Shown: piece by piece, positions 19,327 to 28,815 of the stretch | How the letters are laid out: every line of letters starts with the position of its first letter | Position numbering within the stretch: position 1 is the stretch's first letter | DNA from: Propionibacteriaceae bacterium | GTDB lineage: Bacteria > Actinomycetota > Actinomycetes > Propionibacteriales > Propionibacteriaceae | DNA: 32,000 bases | Reading direction: 5' to 3' | Assembly: GCA_031256725.1 (NCBI GenBank) | Contig: JAIRQE010000018.1 | Span: 1 to 32,000 of the forward strand | The notes under the pieces: generated by a model | Seen by the model: only the letters and a program-made list of their open reading frames with translations | Databases searched by the model: none | Told to the model about the DNA's origin: nothing | Made by a program: the position numbers and the translations under genes

Positions 19327-21771
19327 TTAGGAAACTTGACGGGTACCTACTCCAGCAATTGGCTGGGCAACTGAGGTACCAGAGCCGTCACGTCGAGGGT
19401 CGCGATCAGGTAGGGGGATCGGTGTTCCTGAGGAGGCGGAGGCTACTGCGGGGCCGGGGCCGACCCAGGCTAGATGGAGGGTGTCTTCGCCTTTGAGGAA
19501 GCGGTGGGAGCGTACTCCACCTGTGGCTCGGCCTTTGGCAGGGTAGAGGTCGAAGGCGGTGACTTTGACCGAGCCGGTGTCTGTACCTGGGAGGGCTCCA
19601 GAGGATCCGGCTACGGTTACCACTTCGGAACCTTCTGGGCGTACTGCGCCGAAGAAGACCACGGATGCTCCTGGCGAGAGGCTGATCCCGGCCATACCTC
19701 CACCTGAACGGCCTTGGGGGCGTACCTTGGAGGCAGGGAAGCGCAACAGGGAGGAGTCTGTGGATACGAAGACGAGATCCAAGGATTCGTCTCGTAGTTC
19801 AACCGCACCCACGACCTCGTCGGAATCGTCTAGGCGGATGATCTCCCAGGCATCCTTGGAGATGATTTCGGGGTTGGTGCGTTTGACGACACCCTTGCGT
19901 GTACCCAGGGCCCATCCGCAGGTGGTCTCATCCAAGGTGGTGAGTGCCAGGGGTTTCTCATTGGGTTCTAGTACGACCAACTCCTTTAACGGCACCCCGC
20001 CTTGGAGGTTGACGGCTGTGGAGGTGTGGGGGACTGACGGCAGTTCGATCGCACCCAAACGTACCACTCGTCCCAAGGAGGTCAGGATTCCAATGTCGGA
20101 ACGGGTACGTGCGCGCACCACCGACATCAGACAGTCATGGACTGCGCGCCCACCATCAGGTACAGGAGCCTCATCGGTGTCCATCCTGGCGATCAGTCCA
20201 GCTGAACTCAGGAAGACCCAGCAGGGGCCATCTGGAACCTCAATGGGGCCCTTGGTGAGAGCTACCGTCGCGGGGGAGACTCCAGAATCCGAGAGAAGGA
20301 TCGTACGTCTGGGGGTACCAAACTGCTGGCCTATACCGTCAAGTTCCTCACTGACAACCATCTTAAGACGGGCAGGATCATCAACGATAACTTGCAGATC
20401 CCTGATCTTCTCATTCAACGCATCACGTTCGGTTTCGAGCTCGATTCGAGAGAGTTTCGTGAGACGGCGAAGCTGCATGTCAAGGATGTAGGTTGCTTGT
20501 ACCTCAGTGAGCTCGAAGGCTTCGATCAGACGAGTACGCGCCTCACCCACATCATCACTGGATCGAATAATCGCGATGACATCATCGATATCCAGGATCG
20601 CAATGATGAGCCCCTCCAACAAATGAAGGCGATCACTAGCCTTGTTGAGTTGAAAATGGGTACGTCTGATCGTGACTTCGAGGCGATGATCAAGATAGAC
20701 CTGAAGGAGTTCCTTGAGAGTCAGAGTGTGTGGTTGCCCGTCAACAAGAGCCACAGCGTTGATGGAGAAGGAGTCCTCCATCTTCGTGTGTTTGAAGAGT
20801 TGCTCAAGAAGAAGCTCAGGGTTGATGCCATTCTTAACCTCAATCACCAGGCGCAGACCGTGGGAGAGATCAGTGAGATCCTTGGTATCAGCGATCCCAG
20901 TGATGGTCTTCTTTTCCATGAGAACCTTGATTTGCTCAAGGATTTTCTCTGGACCAATCATGTACGGCAACTCGGTGACGACAATGCCCTTGCGTCGTGG
21001 GGAAACTTGTTCGATGCGGGTGGTGGCGCGAATCTTGAATAATCCACGACCAGTGTCATAGGCATCCCGAATTCCATCAAGACCAATGATCTTGCCCCCT
21101 GTGGGTAGATCGGGGCCAGGGATGTACTTCATCAGGTCGTCAGTGGAGGCTTCTGGATTGGTAAGCAGATGCTTGAGACCACCCACGACTTCGATCAGAT
21201 TATGAGGGGCCATGTTGGTGGCCATACCAACAGCGATGCCAGAACTACCGTTGACAAGCAGATTCGGGAAGGCTGCTGGGAGGACGACAGGTTCAGATTC
21301 TTTGCCGTCGTAATTGGGGCGGAAGTCGACCATGTCCTCGTCAAGACCCTGGGTCATCGCCAAGGCTGCAGGCGCCATTCGGCATTCGGTGTACCTCATG
21401 GCAGCGGGCCCAGCATCAAGGGAGCCGAAGTTTCCATGCCCATCAATCAGGGGGAGTCGTTGGGCCCAAGGTTGGGCGATACGTACCAAAGCGTCATAGA
21501 TCGCACTATCGCCATGGGGGTGAAGGACACCCATGACCTGGCCGACAACACGAGCAGATTTCACATGTGGGCGGTCTGGCTTGATCCCCATGTCGTTCAT
21601 GGAAAACAGGATTCGACGCTGTACGGGCTTGAGTCCGTCACGTGCATCGGGGAGGGCACGAGAATAGATCACTGAATAGGCGTACTCAAGGAAGGAGGTT
21701 TCCATCTCCTGTTCGACTTCGATATCGAGGATGCGTTCAGCGTTGTCCTCGTCTATCTCCTTTTTTGCCAC
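19327..21771 (-). CDS. parC: type IIA topoisomerase subunit A (ParC-like / topoisomerase IV subunit A)
   Basis: [19 protein letters not shown], catalytic Tyr in AAMRYTE. 814 aa. I saw no GyrA-box (QRRGGKG) in the C-terminal domain, which favours ParC-like over GyrA. Confidence 0.88.
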   Translation of the reverse strand: MAKKEIDEDNAERILDIEVEQEMETSFLEYAYSVIYSRALPDARDGLKPVQRRILFSMNDMGIKPDRPHVKSARVVGQVMGVLHPHGDSAIYDALVRIAQPWAQRLPLIDGHGNFGSLDAGPAAMRYTECRMAPAALAMTQGLDEDMVDFRPNYDGKESEPVVLPAAFPNLLVNGSSGIAVGMATNMAPHNLIEVVGGLKHLLTNPEASTDDLMKYIPGPDLPTGGKIIGLDGIRDAYDTGRGLFKIRATTRIEQVSPRRKGIVVTELPYMIGPEKILEQIKVLMEKKTITGIADTKDLTDLSHGLRLVIEVKNGINPELLLEQLFKHTKMEDSFSINAVALVDGQPHTLTLKELLQVYLDHRLEVTIRRTHFQLNKASDRLHLLEGLIIAILDIDDVIAIIRSSDDVGEARTRLIEAFELTEVQATYILDMQLRRLTKLSRIELETERDALNEKIRDLQVIVDDPARLKMVVSEELDGIGQQFGTPRRTILLSDSGVSPATVALTKGPIEVPDGPCWVFLSSAGLIARMDTDEAPVPDGGRAVHDCLMSVVRARTRSDIGILTSLGRVVRLGAIELPSVPHTSTAVNLQGGVPLKELVVLEPNEKPLALTTLDETTCGWALGTRKGVVKRTNPEIISKDAWEIIRLDDSDEVVGAVELRDESLDLVFVSTDSSLLRFPASKVRPQGRSGGGMAGISLSPGASVVFFGAVRPEGSEVVTVAGSSGALPGTDTGSVKVTAFDLYPAKGRATGGVRSHRFLKGEDTLHLAWVGPGPAVASASSGTPIPLPDRDPRRDGSGTSVAQPIAGVGTRQVS

Positions 21772-21998
21772 TGGCGCTCCTTAGACCGAGCCATGCTACC
21801 GCGTCGAGTGGCACCATGGGGAGTGGACACGCCTATTCTGAATGCTGCGAGGGAGACGTCCAACACAACTTCTCAACTTCGCTCCCCAACAACCCCACCA
21901 TTCCTAAGTTGTGAACTTTGGAAGCCCCAGCGCGCCAAGGCAAGGGTACAACGTCACTATTCGGTTACGAGTTCGATAGTCAACGGAGTTTCGGGACG

Positions 21999-23057
21999 TT
22001 ATTGAGAACCATGCTCTGATATCCGCTCGTCTAGCATCTGCTGGATGAGGGGGAGCAGGAGGTACCCGTCGTGGGCTCGTACCTCGCGAATATGCGTGGG
22101 CATCTGGGATGAGAAGACCGCCAACTCTGTGGTCGTACCATGAGCAAGAACCTGCTCCATTGAGGGAAGCTCCCGTATCGCAATCCCAGCGACATTCTGG
22201 GGCTTCTTGCGAGCAAACTCGGCATAGATCCCAGGATCATGTTGCCCATCATCGCCAATGAGCAGCCACTGGATATTGGGGAAATCCCGAGCCAACCCCA
22301 TCAAGGCGGCACGCTTGTGGGCGGGCCCCGACCGGAACCAACCCGTATGAGTCGGTCCCCAATCGGTGAGAAGCATTGGCCCAGAGGGGTACCCGTGTCG
22401 GCCGATAAAACGCTCAAGGAAGGGCTTTGTGGTCCATGCCCCAGTCGAAAGATAGATCAGGGGAGCACCAGGATTCTTGCGCAGGATCTGGGAGAACATC
22501 TGGGACATCCCTGCAACTGGTACCCGTGCATTCTCCTGCAAGATGAAGGAATTGTAGGCGGCGATCATCAAACGTGGAAGGTAACTGGTAATGATCGTGT
22601 CGTCGATATCGGAGATGATCCCGAATCTCACATCATCGCCAATGATGAGGATTGGTGCCTCAGTGGGCTCGCAATCACCAGTAGAGATATGGACATGATG
22701 CCACCCGGGGTGCAAACCGTGGCGACTCACTGTGATGTCCACATAACCATTTCTATCGGTTAAGGCATCAGTAACCTGTCCGCCAACACTGACTTGAACA
22801 GCCCTGTTGACAGCAGGTATAGAAACAAAGTTCCGCCATCCACGTCGGGCTCCCCAGACTTCCTCACGGATGGTGGCGAGACCCGTACCTCCCTTGGGGG
22901 CTAAGATCACACGCCCAAGTACGCGTAGTCTTTCCTCATTGCCATATCCGGTGTACGCAACGACAGTGTCATGCCAGCCGAAGCGCCGCAGAGTGACACC
23001 GATCTGGCGATTGATTTGCTTCTCGATTCGAGCTGCAAAAAACGGTCGTTTTCGCAC
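21999..23057 (-). CDS. App1-like phosphatase (DUF2183 family)
   Basis: DxDxT motif in GIISDIDDTIITS and later LIGDDGQHD. GTG start. 352 aa. Confidence 0.8.
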   Translation of the reverse strand: MRKRPFFAARIEKQINRQIGVTLRRFGWHDTVVAYTGYGNEERLRVLGRVILAPKGGTGLATIREEVWGARRGWRNFVSIPAVNRAVQVSVGGQVTDALTDRNGYVDITVSRHGLHPGWHHVHISTGDCEPTEAPILIIGDDVRFGIISDIDDTIITSYLPRLMIAAYNSFILQENARVPVAGMSQMFSQILRKNPGAPLIYLSTGAWTTKPFLERFIGRHGYPSGPMLLTDWGPTHTGWFRSGPAHKRAALMGLARDFPNIQWLLIGDDGQHDPGIYAEFARKKPQNVAGIAIRELPSMEQVLAHGTTTELAVFSSQMPTHIREVRAHDGYLLLPLIQQMLDERISEHGSQ

Positions 23058-23100
23058 ACGTACCTTCCAGGTAGGTCTTCAAGCTCTCACATCTGACAAG

Positions 23101-24216
23101 ATGGTCACTGTGAGAGTTTCAGCGTACGAGAACAGTTTAGTTCTGTCCAACCTGCTCCCGACACTAGGATCTTACTTTGGGGTTTCAAATCATGGTTTGA
23201 AACCCATGAAGATCCCAGAATCTGGGCGTTATGTTCTTGTCCTCGTTGATGGGCTCGGATGGGAGATCCTTGTGCGAGCCTGCATTGAAGCCCCCTACCT
23301 TTCCGAGATTCTCGGTGATGCACTCACTTTGGAGGTGGGGACTCCTTCGACGACCTGTGCCTCCCTTATGAGCCTTTGGACTGGGGTATCCACTGGCACC
23401 CATGGGGTACTTGGGTTCTCTTTTGAAACAGGCCTGAAGTCTGATCGTTCTCGTGGTGTGACAACCCCACTATCCATTACCAAACCCCTTGACACGGCTC
23501 CCTCCTACCTGGATCGACTCATGGATGCTGGGGTGTGTGTCTCCTCGGTTATCCCAACCGAACATGTTGATTCAGGTCTCACAAGGATGAGTACCACCAA
23601 GGCTTCAGTCATCGGCATCGATCTTGAACGCCAGGATTCACGGATCTCCTCCATTGTTGCTGCCTCACGATGCGGAGAAAAATCGGTGGTCTATGTTTAC
23701 GAGCCCCGACTTGATCACGCAGGCCACGGCCATGGGGTGGCCTCCAAGACCTGGATTCAGGCTCTGAGAGATATTGACGACTTCTTGGAGAACCTGAGAT
23801 CCAGTCTTGACGATGATGTGTGCCTGTTGATCACCGGCGACCATGGAATGATCGACATTGCCAGAGAGAACCGCATCTATATTGATTCCCAGTCCACCCT
23901 CACTCAGGACCTCCGATTAGTTGGTGGAGAGGCCCGATTTAGACACCTGTACACCCATCAACCGCTAGCAGTACAAACCCGCTGGACAAGGTACTTGGGT
24001 GATGAGGCTCAGGTTCTCACTCGTGAAGAGGCAGTGAGTTTAGGACTATTTGGGGAGGTACGACCTGAGTACCTTTCGCGTATCGGTGATGTGGTGGTGA
24101 TCCCTACTGGGGGACAGGCGTACCTATGCAACAAGTTCCCTGGAGAGTTTTCCCTTGTTGGTTTCCATGGTGGTCTCACATCAGTCGAGAAGATGGTACC
24201 TCTGCTGATCGATTAA
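23101..24216 (+). CDS. alkaline-phosphatase-superfamily protein (nucleotide pyrophosphatase/phosphodiesterase type)
   Basis: VLVDGLGWE, DHAGHGHG, ITGDHGM. I placed the start at ATG 23101 because SLVLSNLLPTLGSYFGV resembles the conserved N-terminal segment of homologues. The tracked ORF start at 22807 is an extension across the App1-like gene. Confidence 0.8.
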   Translation: MVTVRVSAYENSLVLSNLLPTLGSYFGVSNHGLKPMKIPESGRYVLVLVDGLGWEILVRACIEAPYLSEILGDALTLEVGTPSTTCASLMSLWTGVSTGTHGVLGFSFETGLKSDRSRGVTTPLSITKPLDTAPSYLDRLMDAGVCVSSVIPTEHVDSGLTRMSTTKASVIGIDLERQDSRISSIVAASRCGEKSVVYVYEPRLDHAGHGHGVASKTWIQALRDIDDFLENLRSSLDDDVCLLITGDHGMIDIARENRIYIDSQSTLTQDLRLVGGEARFRHLYTHQPLAVQTRWTRYLGDEAQVLTREEAVSLGLFGEVRPEYLSRIGDVVVIPTGGQAYLCNKFPGEFSLVGFHGGLTSVEKMVPLLID

Positions 24217-24243
24217 TAATGGGGATTGTATTCATAGTGGATA

Positions 24244-24371
24244 GGGGTTGGGAATCTTGTTTTATGGCGGATGGGAGATCAAATCGCGCAGCGATTTTGT
24301 CGACCTCAAAGAGCGCGATGGCTCGCGACCATCGCAAGCGAACGGCGCCAGAAAATAGGATTCCCAACCCC
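24244..24371. repeat. 128-nt structured inverted-repeat element (20-bp closing stem plus two internal hairpins)
   Basis: 24244-24263 pairs with 24352-24371: 13 perfect bp GGGGTTGGGAATC/GATTCCCAACCCC, then 7 more including two G-T positions. Inner hairpins are AAATCGC-gca-GCGATTT (24281-24297) and GCGATGG-ctcgcga-CCATCGC (24315-24335). Lies in the convergent gap between the AlkP-family gene and sepH. Confidence 0.5.
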
Positions 24372-24386
24372 CATCACCTGCATAAT

Positions 24387-25298
24387 CTAAGACTGACCAC
24401 CGAAGATGATGTCATCCCACGCTGGTACCTCTGCCCGTTTGCGTTTCTTGCGGGGCTTCGCTGCTGGTGGCTCAGGAGGTGTCGTGGGCGTAGAAGGCGT
24501 GGAGGGGTCGATATCTGGCTGGGCTGGTTCGCCAAGGGTAATGATTGATGGTTCGTTGAGGAATGAATCCGGTTCGGGGAACTCATTCCAGGGTTGCATA
24601 CCTAAAACGGAGTCTCCCATAAGGGTGGCCTGCTCCCCAGAACCAAGGTCGTTGATGGGGTTGCGAAGTCCACGGAAGATTCGTACCGAATCCTCGTCTG
24701 TGGTGGAGATCATGTCGTAAAGCATGTCAATATCGTTGCGAAGTGAATCCTCACGTTGACCTTGAGATAGCCCCATAGTTGGTTCATTACCAAGGTCGGA
24801 TTGAGCCATTGAAGGCCTTGATTCGATTCTCTCAGTTGTCTCCGTTTGAAGGTCCACTGGGGCAGTAATCGGCAGATCCCCAATGAGTACGCGGGCCTGA
24901 TCATTGTCAGCGACAGAGAATCGACCCTTGGGATCGAAGAGGAAGCGGGCTTCACGAGGGTTTCCACCATGGTTCCAGGTCCCCTGGAGTATCCAGCGGC
25001 CATCAGAGCGACGCCAGGAATCCCAGGTGACAAAGTCCACATCTTGACCCATGGAAAGCATGGATTCCGCCACAGTTTGCCTCAAACGCCGTGCAGAAGC
25101 AGCCTCACCATTGCGTCGTACCGCTGCTGAGAGAGCTGTAGCAGTGATATGCTCACGCTCAGCAAGGATGGGGGTAGCAAAACCTTCAACCCTGGCTGCA
25201 GGAAGACCGGAGGCAGCAATGACATCAGCCAAAGACTCACCTGAGCGAATCCGCAACTGGATGTCGCGCGGTGTCATGGTGGCTTCCATGCCTATCAT
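24387..25298 (-). CDS. sepH: septation protein SepH (DUF3071 family)
   Basis: N-terminal DUF3071-like region (LADVIAASGLPAARVEGFATPILAEREHI, DSWRRSDGRWIL), a disordered middle, and a conserved basic C-terminus KRKRAEVPAWDDIIFG. The start is ambiguous among ATG 25298, 25289 and 25277. Confidence 0.8.
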   Translation of the reverse strand: MIGMEATMTPRDIQLRIRSGESLADVIAASGLPAARVEGFATPILAEREHITATALSAAVRRNGEAASARRLRQTVAESMLSMGQDVDFVTWDSWRRSDGRWILQGTWNHGGNPREARFLFDPKGRFSVADNDQARVLIGDLPITAPVDLQTETTERIESRPSMAQSDLGNEPTMGLSQGQREDSLRNDIDMLYDMISTTDEDSVRIFRGLRNPINDLGSGEQATLMGDSVLGMQPWNEFPEPDSFLNEPSIITLGEPAQPDIDPSTPSTPTTPPEPPAAKPRKKRKRAEVPAWDDIIFGGQS

Positions 25299-25498
25299 CC
25301 TCTCAGATCACCTTGTAGCTGTCTTAAAACCTCACGCTCATTATCCACCACGAAGCCGACACATGAGGAATTTGACTCTCAACAAGGCTCAGATTGGGAC
25401 CCACCTAGTGGGACACGCGCGCTTCGGGTGGCATTATGCGCGAGTTTATGATACACATGTCCGGTCAAGGATGCGAAGTAAAGAGGTGATATTGACAT

Positions 25499-25795
25499 AT
25501 GGCAACCGATTATGATGCTCCGCGAAAGTCGGATGAGGAAATCAGTGAAGACAGCATTGAGGAGTTGAAGACTCGTCGTAACGATAAGAACTCAGGTTCT
25601 GTCGATGAGGACGAAGCTGAAGCTGCTGAAAGCTTTGAACTTCCTGGTGCTGACCTGTCGAACGAGGAGCTGACGGTTCGAGTAATCCCACGTCAGGCAG
25701 ACGAGTTTGCTTGTGCTGGGTGTTTCCTTGTGAAGAACCGTAGCCAGATCGCTACAGTCCGTAACGGAGAAGAGTTCTGCGTCGACTGCGTGTGA
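25499..25795 (+). CDS. DUF4193 protein
   Basis: MATDYDAPRK start, acidic middle, and C-terminal Cys pairs FACAGCFLV...FCVDCV. 98 aa. Confidence 0.85.
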   Translation: MATDYDAPRKSDEEISEDSIEELKTRRNDKNSGSVDEDEAEAAESFELPGADLSNEELTVRVIPRQADEFACAGCFLVKNRSQIATVRNGEEFCVDCV

Positions 25796-25814
25796 GTCGA
25801 CTAGGATCTACAGA

Positions 25815-26078
25815 TTAAAAGTGGTCCTTGGGCTTCCTAGCTAGAACAAGGCGCTTAGCCATTGTGCGATGGAAGAGGAGTTGGGCTACGCCAACACCCA
25901 CGCCTGAGGCCAGAAACCAGGTCACAGCCTCGCGGACGGGTACTTCAGGATCTTCGGGGTCTGGTGGTTCTGAACCGGTGAGAAGGGTCCACACTTTTTT
26001 CAGCGCAAATCCTGTTGCAAAGGTGACCAATGCCGACAGCAGTGCCGCGTACACCTTTTCCAAAATGACCTTGTCCAT
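25815..26078 (-). CDS. DUF4235 membrane protein
   Basis: 87 aa with two hydrophobic segments flanking PPDPEDPEVP. The pattern KKVWTLLTG...WFLASGVGVG matches DUF4235. Confidence 0.8.
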   Translation of the reverse strand: MDKVILEKVYAALLSALVTFATGFALKKVWTLLTGSEPPDPEDPEVPVREAVTWFLASGVGVGVAQLLFHRTMAKRLVLARKPKDHF

Positions 26079-26173
26079 TGTCGACTCCTTGTTTGGGTTG
26101 ATACCGAAGTACTTTTAGGTAGTCTAGTATCCCCTGACACAGACTGCTCGACACACACCATAAGGAAGACATA

Positions 26174-26635
26174 ATGACCGATCTGAGAGTTCTGGTAACA
26201 CCGGTACACCCCGAGGCCACAATCCCCTCCTATGCCCATTGGGATGATGCTGGAGCCGACCTGGCAACCACCGAGGACATCACACTCAATCCAGGCGAAC
26301 GAGTCCTTGTTGGGACCGGGATTAGCGTGGCTATTCCTGCGGGATACGCTGGGTTTGTCCACCCTCGGTCAGGGCTCGCAGCTCGATCGGGACTATCCAT
26401 CGTGAACTGCGTGGGGGTCATTGATGCGGGGTATCGTGGAGAGATTAAGGTCTGTTTGATTAATACTGATCCTTCAACCCCCATCCATCTCAACAAGGGT
26501 GACCTGGTTGCACAGTTAGTCATCCAAGCAGTCGTCAGCGCAATCTTCGTTGAAACCGAGACTCTCCCAGATTCTGAACGTGGTACTGGCGGCTATGGTT
26601 CCTCAGGGGGAGTAGCCTCCTGGGTTGAAGACTAG
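26174..26635 (+). CDS. dut: dUTP diphosphatase
   Basis: [17 protein letters not shown]-terminal [10 protein letters not shown]. Shine-Dalgarno aaggaag upstream. Confidence 0.95.
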   Translation: MTDLRVLVTPVHPEATIPSYAHWDDAGADLATTEDITLNPGERVLVGTGISVAIPAGYAGFVHPRSGLAARSGLSIVNCVGVIDAGYRGEIKVCLINTDPSTPIHLNKGDLVAQLVIQAVVSAIFVETETLPDSERGTGGYGSSGGVASWVED

Positions 26636-26686
26636 GGGCCCAAGGCGAGTAAGGTTGTACCCCGAAACTATGAGAAGAGGACCACG

Positions 26687-27415
26687 GTGATCTTAGGATT
26701 CAAGAAAAAGGATGCATCACAGGCCAGTGACGAGGTTGATCTGGATCTCGTTGAGGATGAGGACTTCGAGGACGAGGATCCCAGCGAAGATGATGAGGAC
26801 CTAGATGATCTCAAGGATAAAGGTGACGAATGGGTCGCGTTTGATCTCAGTCGCGATTGGCGCGAGGATGGCCCCTTTGACCTTGATGAGGTCGATCTCA
26901 GTGCTGATGATGAGGATGTCACCCGGATTGACCTGGGTTCGCTAATCATTACCCCTGAGCCCGATATGGCCCTCAAATTGGTGGTTGATCCTGCAACCCA
27001 CAAGGTACTCCATCTGGTTGTGGAGAATACTCCCACATCAGCTGTACAGGTGACCGTGTACGCAGCACCAGCCCTTCCAGGCTACACAGGCGAGCTTCGC
27101 ACCACCCTCATTGAGGAATCCGAGAACATGAAGTCGTTCGACATAGTTGAGGGCCCTTTCGGTACAGAGGTACGACGGATACTCACGCTCACCGATGACC
27201 AAGGAAAGAAGGTTGTATCCACAATCCGTGATTGGTTCATAGCAGGACCGCGGTGGGTCTTGGGTGTACGTCTTCTCGGTGAAGCCGCCCTGGACATTGA
27301 CGGTACTGGTGCCTCAGCAAACCTCAAAGAGTTTGTACACAACATCATTGTGCGTCGCGGGGACACAGCAATGGCTCCTGGGGCAGTGGTACCTCTGACC
27401 CCTAAGGAGAACTAG
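26687..27415 (+). CDS. DUF3710 protein
   Basis: Basic N-terminus GFKKKD, an acidic tract, then the conserved GPFD...IDLGSL...VYAAP... body. Conserved position after dut. GTG start with gagaagagg upstream. Confidence 0.85.
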   Translation: MILGFKKKDASQASDEVDLDLVEDEDFEDEDPSEDDEDLDDLKDKGDEWVAFDLSRDWREDGPFDLDEVDLSADDEDVTRIDLGSLIITPEPDMALKLVVDPATHKVLHLVVENTPTSAVQVTVYAAPALPGYTGELRTTLIEESENMKSFDIVEGPFGTEVRRILTLTDDQGKKVVSTIRDWFIAGPRWVLGVRLLGEAALDIDGTGASANLKEFVHNIIVRRGDTAMAPGAVVPLTPKEN

Positions 27416-27431
27416 AAACCTAAACTCAGGC

Positions 27432-28019
27432 TCACATGTAGCTGGCTGCTGCAATCCCTGCCGCAAGGAGGAGGGACAGGGGAGCGATGATACCAAGAAT
27501 GATACCGATGATTCCGAAGGGACGACCCTTGTTCTTGGCGGTTGCCACAATGGACAGGATGAAACCAACAATGCCGAAGACTGAGGAAATGATGATGCCG
27601 ATGGTCGCCGCGCTGATGGCGGTGAGCTGAGCATCAGTCATGGAATCCAACTGAGAGGTCATCGTGGCTATATCAGCCATTCCTGAGTTCAATAACCCTG
27701 GCCCGAGAGCTGCAAAGAAGGTGTTGTAGAGGTTCAAAGAACTAACAAAAAAGATGATTGCACATACGAGTACGATCACCAGAGCAACGATCCCCAAAAC
27801 TGGTGACTTCCTTGGTGGTTCAGCATAAGGTTCGGTGGGGTACCCTCCTGGATTCCCAGGATAAGTGGGGGCCTGCGGGTACTGTTGCACAGCCGGATTC
27901 GGCTGATAGTTCTGCGCCTGTGGGTACGCCTGTGGTGGGTACTGCTCGGGAGTAGGACTTGCAGGGTACTGTGGTTGTGGCTGGCCATTCGGGACCTGAC
28001 CATATGTAGGTTGTGTCAT
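27432..28019 (-). CDS. P/Q/Y-rich N-tail membrane protein, tandem paralog 1 (195 aa)
   Basis: MTQPTYGQVPNGQPQPQYPASP..., then three hydrophobic helices with the loop ATAKNKGRPFG. Paralogous to 28167-28703. Confidence 0.8.
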   Translation of the reverse strand: MTQPTYGQVPNGQPQPQYPASPTPEQYPPQAYPQAQNYQPNPAVQQYPQAPTYPGNPGGYPTEPYAEPPRKSPVLGIVALVIVLVCAIIFFVSSLNLYNTFFAALGPGLLNSGMADIATMTSQLDSMTDAQLTAISAATIGIIISSVFGIVGFILSIVATAKNKGRPFGIIGIILGIIAPLSLLLAAGIAAASYM

Positions 28020-28031
28020 GACACCATACTA
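28020..28031 (-). promoter_or_regulatory. candidate -10 (TAGTAT) 6 nt upstream of ATG, leaderless geometry
   Basis: Minus strand reads ctcTAGTATggtgtcATG. No Shine-Dalgarno. The same arrangement is conserved upstream of the paralog. Confidence 0.35.
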
Positions 28032-28166
28032 GAGCATCTATCACTATGATGTGGCTTCGAGTAAATCTTATCCACACCACCATCGTAAGACGCGGGGACA
28101 CCGTAATGGCCCAGGGGCAGTACCTCTATCCCCAGGAAAGAAACAGGACCTTGAAGAAATCCTGGG

Positions 28167-28703
28167 TTACGTGTAACTAGACACGGCGATGATAGCTGCA
28201 AGGAAGAAGCCTCCTGGAGCGAGGATTCCTAGGATGATCCCCACGATTCCGGGTGGGCGTCCCATGTTCTTTGCCGTCGCAATGATGGAAAGGACCAGTC
28301 CTACAATTCCTAGTACTGTGGTGATCAATAGTCCCACTGTTGCGATGGTCAAGTTCTCCATTTGAGAGGCAGTCATGGAGTCCGTATTGAAGTTGAGCCA
28401 ACCACCATTTGAGCCCACTGCATCTGACCCGACCGACTCGAAGATCACATTGTAGAGGGACATTGAACAGAGGAAGAAGATCACTGCACATATTGCAACG
28501 ATACCCAGTCCGAGGATCCCCAAAACAGGAGATTTCTTTGCAGACTGTGATGAAGGAGCCGTGGCATAGGGCTGAGCCATGGCTGAATACGGCTGATAGT
28601 TTTGCGCCTGTGGGTACGCCTGTGGTTGGTACTGCTCGGGAGCAGGACTTGCAGGGTATTGTGGCTGGCCATTCGGGACCTGGCCATATGTTGGTTGTGT
28701 CAT
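28167..28703 (-). CDS. P/Q/Y-rich N-tail membrane protein, tandem paralog 2 (178 aa)
   Basis: MTQPTYGQVPNGQPQYPASP..., the same three-helix architecture, loop ATAKNMGRPPG. Confidence 0.8.
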   Translation of the reverse strand: MTQPTYGQVPNGQPQYPASPAPEQYQPQAYPQAQNYQPYSAMAQPYATAPSSQSAKKSPVLGILGLGIVAICAVIFFLCSMSLYNVIFESVGSDAVGSNGGWLNFNTDSMTASQMENLTIATVGLLITTVLGIVGLVLSIIATAKNMGRPPGIVGIILGILAPGGFFLAAIIAVSSYT

Positions 28704-28715
28704 GGCACCATACTA
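28704..28715 (-). promoter_or_regulatory. candidate -10 (TAGTAT) 6 nt upstream of ATG, leaderless geometry
   Basis: Minus strand reads cccTAGTATggtgccATG, matching the arrangement at 28020-28031. Confidence 0.35.
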
Positions 28716-28815
28716 GGGCATCTATCACCATGATTTGACTTCGACTGAATCTTGTTCATAGGCGGGTAGCGTAGAGTTGGTCCGTGTATTCCCGTACTCA
28801 CCCTAGGATCATCCC

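Noticed and set aside
19559-20491. Long antisense ORFs opposite real genes: 19559-20491 and 20392-21042 opposite the parC-like gene; 12937-13500 and 13579-14178 opposite secA; 30186-30791 opposite acn; 8182-8574 opposite pyrG; 10049-10477 opposite the membrane protein; 26668-27036 opposite DUF3710.
   Set aside because: Each lies entirely within a strongly supported conserved gene on the other strand. Their products are low-complexity (R/S/P-rich) with no motifs, which is typical of shadow ORFs in moderate to high GC DNA.
21864-21940. Hairpins with C-rich loops in the parC-like/App1-like spacer, reminiscent of the actinobacterial 6C RNA: CACAACTT/AAGTTGTG enclosing a 34-nt loop with two CCCC runs, followed by a weaker stem with an aagCCCCagcgcg loop.
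   Set aside because: The first loop is far larger than I recall for 6C, and the second stem has a mismatch. I see no convincing promoter or terminator on the + strand. This needs an Rfam covariance-model scan before it could be called.
22807-23100. 5' extension of the AlkP-family ORF across the App1-like gene.
   Set aside because: The first ~98 codons are antisense to a well-supported CDS and are R/P-rich. Similarity to homologues, by recollection, begins near SLVLSNLLPTLG.
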